From Candidatus Thorarchaeota archaeon (GTDB lineage: Archaea > Asgardarchaeota > Thorarchaeia > Thorarchaeales > Thorarchaeaceae): a stretch of DNA of 64,000 nt. Of this stretch, positions 1 to 8,683 are shown one piece after another. Both the position numbers and the translations under genes were made by a program. The stretch covers positions 24,474 through 88,473 of the forward strand of contig JBHLRP010000007.1 in the NCBI GenBank assembly GCA_048882485.1. Reading direction: 5' to 3'. The notes under the pieces are model-generated. The model was given only the letters and a program-made list of their open reading frames with translations, ran no database searches and was not told the origin of the DNA. Numbering within the stretch: the first letter of the stretch is position 1; every line of letters begins with the position of its first letter.

Positions 1-715
1 TTTCAGGATTGAGATGTTGGTATACATAAACATCAAGCGCCACTACCTGAGAAATCTTTGGTTCATATGCTGCAGCACGCAGTGCAAGAAATCCGCCTAG
101 CGAAATGCCAATGAGAGTGATATCAGAGAGGTTGAAGTATTCCAGAATTGCTGAGGTTGGTTTTTCCCACTCATGAGTCAGTTTCATACCATATCTTCTG
201 AGTGTTTTACCTTGACCGGGACCTTCAAAGAGAATGACCTCACATCCTCTATTTGCGAATATCTTTGCTATCGTGTAGAATTCCTCTATGAACGAGTCCA
301 ATCCTCCGTGAATGACAACAGTTCGATAGGCATCTGGCGGTGTCAGCCTCAGTGTGTGCAGATATCCAAATTCGAATGGCACCTCGGAAATTTTGAGACT
401 AGGATCTTCGATGTTTTCATAGAACAGAGTCTGAAATCTCTCATAGAGTTCCAGTTTGTCTGCATCATCACTAAATGTGAAGAATTCAGCTGCACGGTAG
501 TAGAATGCCGAGTTAATCATCCGGTTTTCGAATTCAGCCTTTTCAGCAAGGCCTATCATCTCTCGCTTCCAGTCATCGAAATTCTTGATCCTCGCTGCGA
601 CACTCTCAAAGTCCTCAGCACGAGCAAAGCCTAGAGACACCCACCTGTTCATCTGGAAATTGAAGTGCTTGTCCTTGTGAAAGGAGTGATAGCCAATTGG
701 GAGGTCGAACTCCAT
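1..715 (-). CDS. Alpha/beta-fold hydrolase (FrsA/esterase-like), 3' end outside the window
   Basis: Not in the ORF track. Manual minus-strand translation from ATG 715: MEFDLPIGYHSFHKDKHFNFQMNRW...YYRAAEFF...VVIHGGLDSFIEE...FEGPGQG...LIGISLGGFLALRAAAYEP, with a GxSxG nucleophile elbow; frame open to the window edge. Confidence 0.85.
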   Translation of the reverse strand, partial: MEFDLPIGYHSFHKDKHFNFQMNRWVSLGFARAEDFESVAARIKNFDDWKREMIGLAEKAEFENRMINSAFYYRAAEFFTFSDDADKLELYERFQTLFYENIEDPSLKISEVPFEFGYLHTLRLTPPDAYRTVVIHGGLDSFIEEFYTIAKIFANRGCEVILFEGPGQGKTLRRYGMKLTHEWEKPTSAILEYFNLSDITLIGISLGGFLALRAAAYEPKISQVVALDVYVYQHLNPE

Positions 716-804
716 GTGTCACAAGAGGAGCAAAAGCGTATAAGAATGACTGGAATCCAATTGCTTGGAGGGCTCTTCATGAAACATCGAGAGCTAGTGA
801 TGAT

Positions 805-897
805 GTGCTCACTTGTCCTCTTTGCGGCTTGAGATGCTTCCTCGATAGTGGTCTGTTCGACCACTATGCCTATTCTTGCTCCCAAATGCGACAGTGA
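805..897 (+). CDS. Possible 30-aa single zinc-finger microprotein
   Basis: GTG start inside ORF 697..897: VLTCPLCGLRCFLDSGLFDHYAYSCSQMRQ = C-x2-C-x12-H-x4-C with Leu three residues before His. Confidence 0.3.
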   Translation: MLTCPLCGLRCFLDSGLFDHYAYSCSQMRQ

Positions 898-1132
898 TGC
901 CTGCCAGAAAAATAGTCGTGATAATGATTGATAACAAGACTAGTACTTCGATCATCCCACTCTCATGATATTATTCGAATTTGAGCTAATAAACAATTGG
1001 CCATTTTCCTAATCATCTGTCATAAAGTAATCCTTAAGAGGGGTGTTTCTTGCCTCCGGGTTTAACTCACACAGGGAACTAGGCTGTTGACTTTCCATCA
1101 ATTGAAGGAGGACTTGGCGCCTAGATCAATCA

Positions 1133-3511
1133 GTGGTGAAACACATTATGCAATTATTCGAGACATTCAACGGTATGGTCTTAATTGAGCAGATCATGAT
1201 CTTTACGGTCATTCTAGCTGCCATAGCCAGTCTCGTGTATGCCTGGTGGCTCAGAAGAGGCGTCTTGGAACTGCCCAAAGGTACTGAGCAAATGCAGAAG
1301 GTGTGGAACGGAATCAGGGAAGGTGCTTTGTCTTATCTCGATAGACAACTGAGGACGATTTTACCAATATTGGTTGTATTGTCATTCCTTCTATTCTTCA
1401 CCGTTTATATTACCACACCAGAGCGAGGAACGGATATTCTATTTGGTCATACTCCAGACCAGGGACGACTCATTGTAGGAATCGGCAGGTCGTTGGCGTT
1501 TGTCTTGGGTGCTAGTTTTTCGCTCATGGTTGGACAGCTGGGGATGAGAATCGCTGTCGAGTCCAACATCCGTGTTGCACAGGCTACACGTGAAGGTGAA
1601 GACCGCTATAATCGTGCATTGACAATCTCTTATCGTGGCGGTACCTTTACAGGAATGCTGACTGACGGACTAGGTCTAATGGGAGGAACAATCATATTCA
1701 TCATCTATGGAATTGCAGCACCTGATGCACTCCTGGGATTTGGTTTGGGAGGCACTCTGCTTGCTCTATTCATGAGAGTTGGAGGCGGAATCTATACCAA
1801 GGCCGCTGATGTTGGTGCTGACCTAGTTGGCAAAGTGGAGCACGGCTTACCAGAAGATGATCCACGAAACGCTGCGGTTGTTGCCGATCTTGTAGGTGAC
1901 AATGTTGGAGACTGTGCCGGAATGGCAGCGGACATTTTCGAGTCATATGAAGTCACCATCGTTTCCGCTCTGATTCTGGCTATAGTGCTTTACATTGACA
2001 ATCCTGCGCTCCTTGTCTTTCCATTCGCCGTTGTGGTCTTTCCACTTTTTGTGAGAGCAATTGGAGTCATCTCTTCAATGATCGGTACCTTCATGGTTCC
2101 AGTCTGGCCAAGGATCCTTAGGAAGTCTGCAGTCTACGCAGAAAAAGCAATGTTTCTATCATATGAGGCATCTAGCGCTTTTACAATCATACTATCAATG
2201 ACACTCTCATGGTTCTATGTTGGAGACCTGAGATTCGGAATACTCATCGCAGTTGGTGTCATGCTGGCTGTATCATTCAATCCAATCACAAGCTATTTCA
2301 CATCGCTAAAGAAGCCTCCAGTGCAGGAGATCGTAAAGTCTGCTGATACTGGCTATGCAACATTCATACTCTCTGGCCTCGTTGCCGGCTATGAGTCGAC
2401 TGTTGCTGCGCTCGTAGTAATCGTTACCACATTTGGAATCTCAGCGGTGCTGTTCTTGGCTCCAGTTGCAGCTGCGGTGCCATGGTTCATAGATGGCATC
2501 TCTGGTAATCTCTGGACACTCTATGGTATTGCCCTGATTGGTATCGGAATGCTATCACACACTGGAAACAATGTGGCGATGGACTCCTATGGTCCAATCA
2601 GCGACAATGCAGCTGGCATTGGTGAGCTCTCACCTGGGGACTTTGACGATGATGCAATGAGGACTATGGCCGAGCTCGATGCAGTTGGGAACACAACTAA
2701 GGCCATCACTAAAGGTGTTGCAATAGCTTCTGCTGTCATTGCTGCAGTTAGCCTCTTTGATAGCTTCGTTGTTGTTGCGGGAATCGAACATCTACTCATG
2801 GACAATCCCCTTGTATTCTCAGGTCTGCTTCTGGGTGCCGCTCTCCCATGGCTCTTCTCAGCCTTGAACATCAAGGCAGTCACTCGTGCCGCTGGCGAGA
2901 TGGTCATGGAAGTTCGTAGGCAGTTCAGGATACCTGGAATCTTGGAGGGCACTAAGGCGCCTGACTATGATCGAGCGGTTGACATTTCCACCACTGCAGC
3001 TCAGAAAGAACTCATTTCCCTTGTGACTCTCACCGTTTCCATCCCGCTCATGGTTGGAATTCTATTCGGTGTCGAAGCTCTTGGAGGGTTCCTAGGTGGC
3101 ATCATTGTGTCTGGTCAACTCCTCGCTGTTTTCATGTCGAATTCAGGTGGCGCTTGGGACAATGCGAAGAAAAGTATCGAGGATGAGCCCTGCAGCATTG
3201 AGAACAACACTGGCAAAGGCTCAGAGCGGCACAAGTGCGGAGTTGTTGGTGACACTATCGGTGATCCATTAAAGGATACAGCAGGCCCTGCACTGAATCC
3301 AATGATCAAGGTCGTCAATCTCCTTGCATTGATTCTTGCTCCACTGCTGGTTCAGTTCAGTTTTGGAGCAGATGCTACAACAAATCTGATTCTTGTTGCA
3401 GTTCTCTTCGTGTTGTTTCTAATGACCGTCTGGGCCATGCGCAAGAGCACCAAGCCAGCTGACTTTGGCATGGGAACTCCGGAAATGGCAGTAGAGGCTC
3501 AGAACGAGTAG
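1133..3511 (+). CDS. hppA: Membrane-bound H+-translocating pyrophosphatase, K+-independent type
   Basis: Motifs GGGIYTKAADVGADLVGKVE, EDDPRN, DNVGD, GGAWDNAKK, GDTIGDPLKD; GNTTKA (Lys) is the K+-independent signature; many TM segments. Start may be ATG 1148. Confidence 0.96.
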   Translation: MVKHIMQLFETFNGMVLIEQIMIFTVILAAIASLVYAWWLRRGVLELPKGTEQMQKVWNGIREGALSYLDRQLRTILPILVVLSFLLFFTVYITTPERGTDILFGHTPDQGRLIVGIGRSLAFVLGASFSLMVGQLGMRIAVESNIRVAQATREGEDRYNRALTISYRGGTFTGMLTDGLGLMGGTIIFIIYGIAAPDALLGFGLGGTLLALFMRVGGGIYTKAADVGADLVGKVEHGLPEDDPRNAAVVADLVGDNVGDCAGMAADIFESYEVTIVSALILAIVLYIDNPALLVFPFAVVVFPLFVRAIGVISSMIGTFMVPVWPRILRKSAVYAEKAMFLSYEASSAFTIILSMTLSWFYVGDLRFGILIAVGVMLAVSFNPITSYFTSLKKPPVQEIVKSADTGYATFILSGLVAGYESTVAALVVIVTTFGISAVLFLAPVAAAVPWFIDGISGNLWTLYGIALIGIGMLSHTGNNVAMDSYGPISDNAAGIGELSPGDFDDDAMRTMAELDAVGNTTKAITKGVAIASAVIAAVSLFDSFVVVAGIEHLLMDNPLVFSGLLLGAALPWLFSALNIKAVTRAAGEMVMEVRRQFRIPGILEGTKAPDYDRAVDISTTAAQKELISLVTLTVSIPLMVGILFGVEALGGFLGGIIVSGQLLAVFMSNSGGAWDNAKKSIEDEPCSIENNTGKGSERHKCGVVGDTIGDPLKDTAGPALNPMIKVVNLLALILAPLLVQFSFGADATTNLILVAVLFVLFLMTVWAMRKSTKPADFGMGTPEMAVEAQNE

Positions 3512-3520
3512 TCAATCAAC

Positions 3521-3561
3521 AGAGGGTGGCATCTACAGCCACCTTCTCTCTGTTTTTCTTT
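3521..3561 (+). terminator. Hairpin plus U-tract after hppA
   Basis: AGAGGGTGGC-atctaca-GCCACCTTCT followed by ctctgtttttcttt. Confidence 0.7.
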
Positions 3562-3684
3562 CACTATAGTTTCAAGTTCAGTGTGAACTTCCTACAAAAT
3601 GCCGCTTAATCGACATGCTTTTCTTCGGAGAATGCAATACAATATAACAAATAGGCTGTAGTCTCATGTCATCGAGGTTAGGGA

Positions 3685-4851
3685 GTGGAAAATATGGAAG
3701 AAGAATTAGTCCCTGACACGTGTTTTGAAGGACATGAGTTCACGGTATGGTCTCTTGCTTTTACACCTGATGGCAGATACATAATCTCAGGCGGACAGGA
3801 TGCAACAATCAGGGTGTGGGACCTGCATTCAGGTAGTCAGGTCCACAAACTTAGCGGGCATCGTGGTGCCGTTTACGGACTGTCCGTTTTGGCAGATGGA
3901 ACTAGGGTGGTTTCTGTTGCTGATATGGACCTCGCAGTTCGAATTTGGGACATTGAAGCAGGAGAACCGATCAGCGCGCTAGCTCCGAATTCGGCACATG
4001 TCAATGCAGTCACTTCTTCTCCGGACAATCGGTATGTTGTAACTGGCGGAGATGATGGCAAGGCAAGAATCTGGGATATAGACAGTGGAGTTCTGCTTAG
4101 AGTCCTTGACCATGCGCGAAGCATATATTCAATGACAATTTCGCCGGACGGTCGGCATCTTGTCATCGGCTCAAAGACTACCGCAGGATCGATTGAGAAA
4201 GGACTCATCTGGGTATGGGACTTTGAGCTAGGAATGCTACTTCACACCCTTGAGAGCCATACAGGCCATGTCACATCCCTTGCAATGACTGCAGACTCAA
4301 GATACATTCTCTCAGGAGGACAGGACGGCACAGTCCGTCTATGGGATCTTGAAACTGGCACTCTCCTCTACACTATGGCTGGACACGAAGGGCCTGTGGT
4401 GATGGTCACTGTCACACCAGATGGCCAACACATCATCAGTGGTTCAAGCGATAATACTCTCCGTCTTTGGCAATTGCACGGAGGAGTGTTCATCCACTCA
4501 GTGGAACACACTGAGAACGTTCATGCGGTTGCAGTAAGCGCCAATGGCAGGCACATTGCAACAGGCGACGTTGAGGGCATAGTGCAGCTTTGGGACTTCC
4601 GAATCGGCACAAGCTGGGTTGATGACTCTATTGACAGGGAAGAAGCAAAGGAAACTGAACTTGCAGCATTCAGAGAAGTCCAGCTACGAAAAGTGATAAA
4701 CCGCTACGAGACCTTGCCGCTTGAGAGACTGAAGACCCTCCTGCGCTTCGAGGATATGGCTGAGCTCGAAGACTGGTTATTGGATTTGCCAGAGGAGGCG
4801 CCTGTCAAGATTGATGGAGATCTGTTGATAATTCGTAAGCAAGCAACTTAG
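3685..4851 (+). CDS. WD40 beta-propeller protein (7 repeats) with C-terminal PCI-like winged-helix domain
   Basis: Repeated GH...SGG.DGTVRLWD units; tail LRKVINRYETLPLERLKTLLRFEDMAELEDWLLDL...KIDGD. Confidence 0.9.
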   Translation: MENMEEELVPDTCFEGHEFTVWSLAFTPDGRYIISGGQDATIRVWDLHSGSQVHKLSGHRGAVYGLSVLADGTRVVSVADMDLAVRIWDIEAGEPISALAPNSAHVNAVTSSPDNRYVVTGGDDGKARIWDIDSGVLLRVLDHARSIYSMTISPDGRHLVIGSKTTAGSIEKGLIWVWDFELGMLLHTLESHTGHVTSLAMTADSRYILSGGQDGTVRLWDLETGTLLYTMAGHEGPVVMVTVTPDGQHIISGSSDNTLRLWQLHGGVFIHSVEHTENVHAVAVSANGRHIATGDVEGIVQLWDFRIGTSWVDDSIDREEAKETELAAFREVQLRKVINRYETLPLERLKTLLRFEDMAELEDWLLDLPEEAPVKIDGDLLIIRKQAT

Positions 4852-4945
4852 GATTGTACATCATTCTACACATGCGCCGCGTGAATGCAAAGTCTATTAT
4901 TCACCATCTTGGAGATTCTCGTCTAATCTCCATTTTGGATGCTGG

Positions 4946-6673
4946 ATGAGAGGGAATAGGATGAAGTCTAAATCTATGCACTTGCTTCTTTTGACACTCT
5001 TACTTGGCTCTCTCCTTTTGCCGGCGGGAGTTTCAGCCGAATTTGATTCGCCTATTGTGATAGTTGAGAAGGTAGATTACCCCTCAGTAGATCGAACATG
5101 GGAGGATATATCCCTACTCTACGAGGATCAGTTTCATAGCGCCGCTGAGGTTGATGAGGAGATAGAACGTTTCCATTCTCTCGTTCCAGAGCTCGTTGAC
5201 TTGGAAGTGATTGGCGAGAGTTATCAAGGCTTAAACATCAGCGCTCTTCGCATCACAAATGAGCTAAGTACTGTTCAGAAAGCCAAGACACTAGTGGTAG
5301 CTCATCACCATGGTAGGGAGCAGATCACTATCGAGATGGCACTACGGTTTATCCTAAGACTCCTTAATCTCTATGGAGTAGACGACACATTTACTGACTA
5401 CATAGACAGTCAGGAGATCTACATCATACCCACAATAAACCCTGATACTCTAAGTCATGTTCTCAACGGAAACCATTGGTTGAGAAAGAACCTGCATCCC
5501 TTTGATGATGATGGTGATAGTGAAGCTGATGAGGACCCGTGGGATGATGCCAACGGGGATGGAATAATATCCGGCTATGATGTCTACACAAAAACAGGTC
5601 CTGGAGGATCGACTGAATATCAATACACATACTTCGAGGGTGATGACGATGATGGTGATGGATTATTCAATGAAGATCCAATTGGGTATGTGGACTTGAA
5701 TCGCAATTACGCCACTGGCTGGGGAAACGATGAAGATTCATCACCTGATCCTCTGTCTCAGGTCTTTCGTGGTCTCTCAGCTTTCTCTGAACCTGAAACG
5801 CAAGTCTTTCGAGATTTTGCCAGACAGCACAGTTTTACAATGGCATATTCTCTGCACTCAGGTATCAATTCAACCTACTTCCCGACTGATGACTATGGTA
5901 ACTGGGCGGAACCCAGTATTTACTACGAAATCGTGATGGATTTCAATAGTTTCATGGGCGAGGGCTTTAACGACGTCCCTGGCTATCCGGGTGTCGAAGA
6001 TAGTTCACCGCAGGTGGTTGAACGCCATGCATATGGCGGCTACTGGGATGATTGGATGTATGTAGAACGAAGGACAACCGCCCCTGTTACCTTCGAGCTT
6101 TATCACAATGCAACAGTAGATGGACCTGCACACCTTACAGTCTATGAGGACAATTCCACACACTACATAGAAGAATTTACTGGCATCTATGGTTACTTTG
6201 CTCCAGTTGAGTCTGCAATTGAGAGGACCTGGCAAGACATGATGCCAGGTTTTGATTACCTGCTTGAGAACACTCCAATACTTGCTGGAACCAATCCCAC
6301 AGCGTCAGGTGGTATTGGCGAAGGTGATTCAGTTACGGTGGGCTTGTCTGTGACTTGTCAGAGCATTCTGTTTGACGCCACAGACCCAATCTATGGTTTC
6401 TTAGAATATGGCGGTCCTGTTCCTTCAGGCCTCACAATCTCAACTGCAATACTAGATGCAGGGGAAACCAGGACAATCTCAACTTCCTTTGACCTGCCCA
6501 GAGATTTGGGGAGCTCATCAGTTCAACTCTATGTAGGAAACAACTTCACAGGATACGTGCACCTTCGACTCTCATTAGGCGAAGCACCACCCCTTGACTG
6601 GCTTTCGATTGTAGCAGTTGGTAGTGTAGCCATGGTGGCAGTAGTCATTGTGATTGTTTGGAGGAAGCTGTGA
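4946..6673 (+). CDS. Secreted, membrane-anchored M14 zinc carboxypeptidase
   Basis: Signal peptide; HHGRE zinc motif, NPD, WLRKN, DLNRNY, FSEPET, SLHSG; DxDxDG Ca-binding-like loops; C-terminal TM helix ending RKL. Confidence 0.9.
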   Translation: MRGNRMKSKSMHLLLLTLLLGSLLLPAGVSAEFDSPIVIVEKVDYPSVDRTWEDISLLYEDQFHSAAEVDEEIERFHSLVPELVDLEVIGESYQGLNISALRITNELSTVQKAKTLVVAHHHGREQITIEMALRFILRLLNLYGVDDTFTDYIDSQEIYIIPTINPDTLSHVLNGNHWLRKNLHPFDDDGDSEADEDPWDDANGDGIISGYDVYTKTGPGGSTEYQYTYFEGDDDDGDGLFNEDPIGYVDLNRNYATGWGNDEDSSPDPLSQVFRGLSAFSEPETQVFRDFARQHSFTMAYSLHSGINSTYFPTDDYGNWAEPSIYYEIVMDFNSFMGEGFNDVPGYPGVEDSSPQVVERHAYGGYWDDWMYVERRTTAPVTFELYHNATVDGPAHLTVYEDNSTHYIEEFTGIYGYFAPVESAIERTWQDMMPGFDYLLENTPILAGTNPTASGGIGEGDSVTVGLSVTCQSILFDATDPIYGFLEYGGPVPSGLTISTAILDAGETRTISTSFDLPRDLGSSSVQLYVGNNFTGYVHLRLSLGEAPPLDWLSIVAVGSVAMVAVVIVIVWRKL

Positions 6674-6781
6674 GAGAACCTCGCCATATAGCTGGTCTGC
6701 ATCCCGCCTTCTTCCGGAAGTAGGCTATGCAAAATCCAATTCTGATTAGATTGCATAAGTAATGTGACTAAGAATGAGTTA

Positions 6782-6950
6782 GGGCACCGGTCCAAATCAC
6801 AAAAGGAAAGTAGGTATTCGCGTGGTTATTCCCCGGGAGCCGGGAAGTCCGAATCGGCTTTTGTGAGTTCACCCAGTTCAGCCGCTCCCTGGAGGGGAGA
6901 TTGTTTTTGATGATACTGAACCGGTCCCCTGAGGGTTCCCAGATTGGGTT
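6782..6950. ncRNA. Candidate structured RNA/DNA element between convergent genes
   Basis: Nested complementary segments 6782-6791/6920-6929, 6797-6805/6858-6866, 6838-6842/6855-6859, 6873-6881/6916-6924, 6885-6889/6895-6899; family not recognised. Confidence 0.3.
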
Positions 6951-7045
6951 TTCTAATAAAGCTACTTTTTGGGGAAAATGCGGCAAAATCAACGCGCCTA
7001 TCCCAATTGCATCATAAAGAGAGTCCACTAAGTATGCGAGGAAAT

Positions 7046-7060
7046 GTCCCTCGAAGGGAC
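7046..7060 (-). terminator. GC hairpin at the stop codon of the last SMC-operon gene
   Basis: Minus strand tagGTCCC-ttcga-GGGAC (first G shared with the stop), followed by atttcct. Confidence 0.4.
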
Positions 7061-7431
7061 TAATATCCCCATTCCTGTCCCAGTCTCTGTCTATACCAAC
7101 GTTGGCCTCGCTTTGTGAGCGAGTATTTACCTCCAATTTCCTGGAGGTGCCCCAATTCAATCATCCTTTCGATAACATTGAAGAGCTTGTCTTCCGATGC
7201 TCCTGTCGCTTTCTGAAGCATCAGAAAATCCATTTTGCCTTCTCTTTTCAAATGCTGGGCAATATCAAACTTACCAACTGCTTTAGTTTCTTTCCTTGAT
7301 ACTACCTCTCCACAATTGGTACAGAGCAGGTCACCTTTGAGGTCGTCTCTTGCTACCTCCTTGCTCCCACATATGGGACAGGTCGCCTTTGAGAATCTAA
7401 GGCTTCTTCTATGTGACATTGCTTTGACCAC
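7060..7431 (-). CDS. TFIIB-type Zn-ribbon plus winged-helix protein
   Basis: CPICGS...DDLKGDLLCTNCGEVV Zn ribbon, then HTH/wing LQKATGASEDKLFNVIERMIELGHLQEIGGKYSLTKRG. Confidence 0.8.
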   Translation of the reverse strand: MVKAMSHRRSLRFSKATCPICGSKEVARDDLKGDLLCTNCGEVVSRKETKAVGKFDIAQHLKREGKMDFLMLQKATGASEDKLFNVIERMIELGHLQEIGGKYSLTKRGQRWYRQRLGQEWGY

Positions 7432-7520
7432 GCCACTCTGGTTCGGCTTTCTTGATAAAACTAACGAAGTGACATTGAGTGCGGAACAGGCCCATGACCA
7501 TTATGTCACAAGAACCTCAG

Positions 7521-8027
7521 TCATGAGTCATCAGCGACAAGGCGTCTGAAGAATGCTTCATAGTCTATCTCAAATCCTACCCTAGTGCCTGGCCGCACAC
7601 GAGTACCTGTGTCGTCAAACTCGATGTAGCGTTGTGCAGCCAGTTCTTTCAGATCTAGTCTCACACCTCTTCTGGTCTTGCGTCTGAATTCCCGGACTCG
7701 ATTTATCGATACCCATCCGCCTTCCTGATAGGCGAGAGTGATGACTACTAGAAGAGTAGCTGCAAGTCGATCTGGAAGAACTGACTCTTCCAACAGTTGC
7801 TCGCTTCGTATTCTTGTATCAAGGTAAAAGACATGGTCGATTGGATTATGTCTAATCATAAGTCCGACTTCTGAAAGTCTTTTGTCAAGTGCGCCTAATC
7901 TTTGGAATAGAATATGCTTTCCTGTATCTTCGGGGAAACCAAGGGCACTGAGCATGTCCTCCACTCCCGCTCCGATAGGATTTCCTGAGCGGGTGAGAAG
8001 TCTCATTAGGATTATGTATTCGTTCAA
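7521..8027 (-). CDS. Kite-like tandem winged-helix subunit (Nse1/Nse3-MAGE/ScpB-like) of the SMC complex
   Basis: 168 aa with two wH-like halves (LDKRLSEVGLMI; TLLVVITLAYQEGGWVS...LKELAAQRYIE...RPGTRVGFEID); 4-bp overlap with the kleisin-like gene. Confidence 0.6.
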   Translation of the reverse strand: MNEYIILMRLLTRSGNPIGAGVEDMLSALGFPEDTGKHILFQRLGALDKRLSEVGLMIRHNPIDHVFYLDTRIRSEQLLEESVLPDRLAATLLVVITLAYQEGGWVSINRVREFRRKTRRGVRLDLKELAAQRYIEFDDTGTRVRPGTRVGFEIDYEAFFRRLVADDS

Positions 8028-8683
8028 GAGGCCGCCTCCCTTATGACTGTTCTATCATCGATATCGTACTGGAGAGTGCCCTTTGAAATTAGAATCACAA
8101 GATAGAGAAATCGTCGAAGGAACTCTTCAAAGTCCTCGTTGAGTATGATGTCATCGACAGGTATCTTCTCTCCCACCGGAATGCTCGCTCCAAACTCTTG
8201 TGCATCCTCCAGTAGAATTGCGTCCTCTGATGGGAACGCATATCCATTTGGCAACGGTGCAATGGTTGGGATTCTCTCTTCAGGCGGTTCCATTCCAAGT
8301 TTGTCAATAAACTGCCTAATACGGTTCGATGAACGATCCAGCGCCGAGTGATCTAAGTGCGATATTCCAACTGGATGGTGATATACTATCAGTCCAGCTA
8401 GCTCTCTCGCTGACATCGTCTTTAGTTTCGCCACATATAGCTCGGGAGACGCGAGGACTCGGGCAAGTTCCTGTACCTTGTTTACTTTGGCTCCTAATAC
8501 CTCGTTAAGCATCTCGTCTATGTCCAGCCTTGTTCCAACTTTGGCTGTAAGCTTTTGTAGCCTCTTATACTCAGGACTCAGTTTGATTTCAAGCGGGTTG
8601 ACCTTTCCTGAACGGACAGACTCTGCTATTCTGAGGATGTTCTCAGCAAAGGTCTTGATCTCGCTCACAGAAATACACCTCAT
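8024..8683 (-). CDS. Kleisin-like subunit (ScpA/Nse4-like)
   Basis: N-terminal VRSGKVNPLEIKL resembles the ScpA IDPWDIDI segment; C-terminal FLRRFLYLVILISKGTLQY resembles the kleisin C-terminal wH; 4-bp overlap with smc. Confidence 0.6.
   Translation of the reverse strand: MRCISVSEIKTFAENILRIAESVRSGKVNPLEIKLSPEYKRLQKLTAKVGTRLDIDEMLNEVLGAKVNKVQELARVLASPELYVAKLKTMSARELAGLIVYHHPVGISHLDHSALDRSSNRIRQFIDKLGMEPPEERIPTIAPLPNGYAFPSEDAILLEDAQEFGASIPVGEKIPVDDIILNEDFEEFLRRFLYLVILISKGTLQYDIDDRTVIREAAS

Noticed and set aside
173-634. 153-aa plus-strand ORF and the many other short ORFs overlapping long genes
   Set aside because: Antisense or off-frame shadows of well-supported genes (here the minus-strand hydrolase)
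7036-7050. RNase P RNA-like GAGGAAAtGTCC
   Set aside because: Imperfect match that runs straight into a coding region; no matching 3' P4 strand seen
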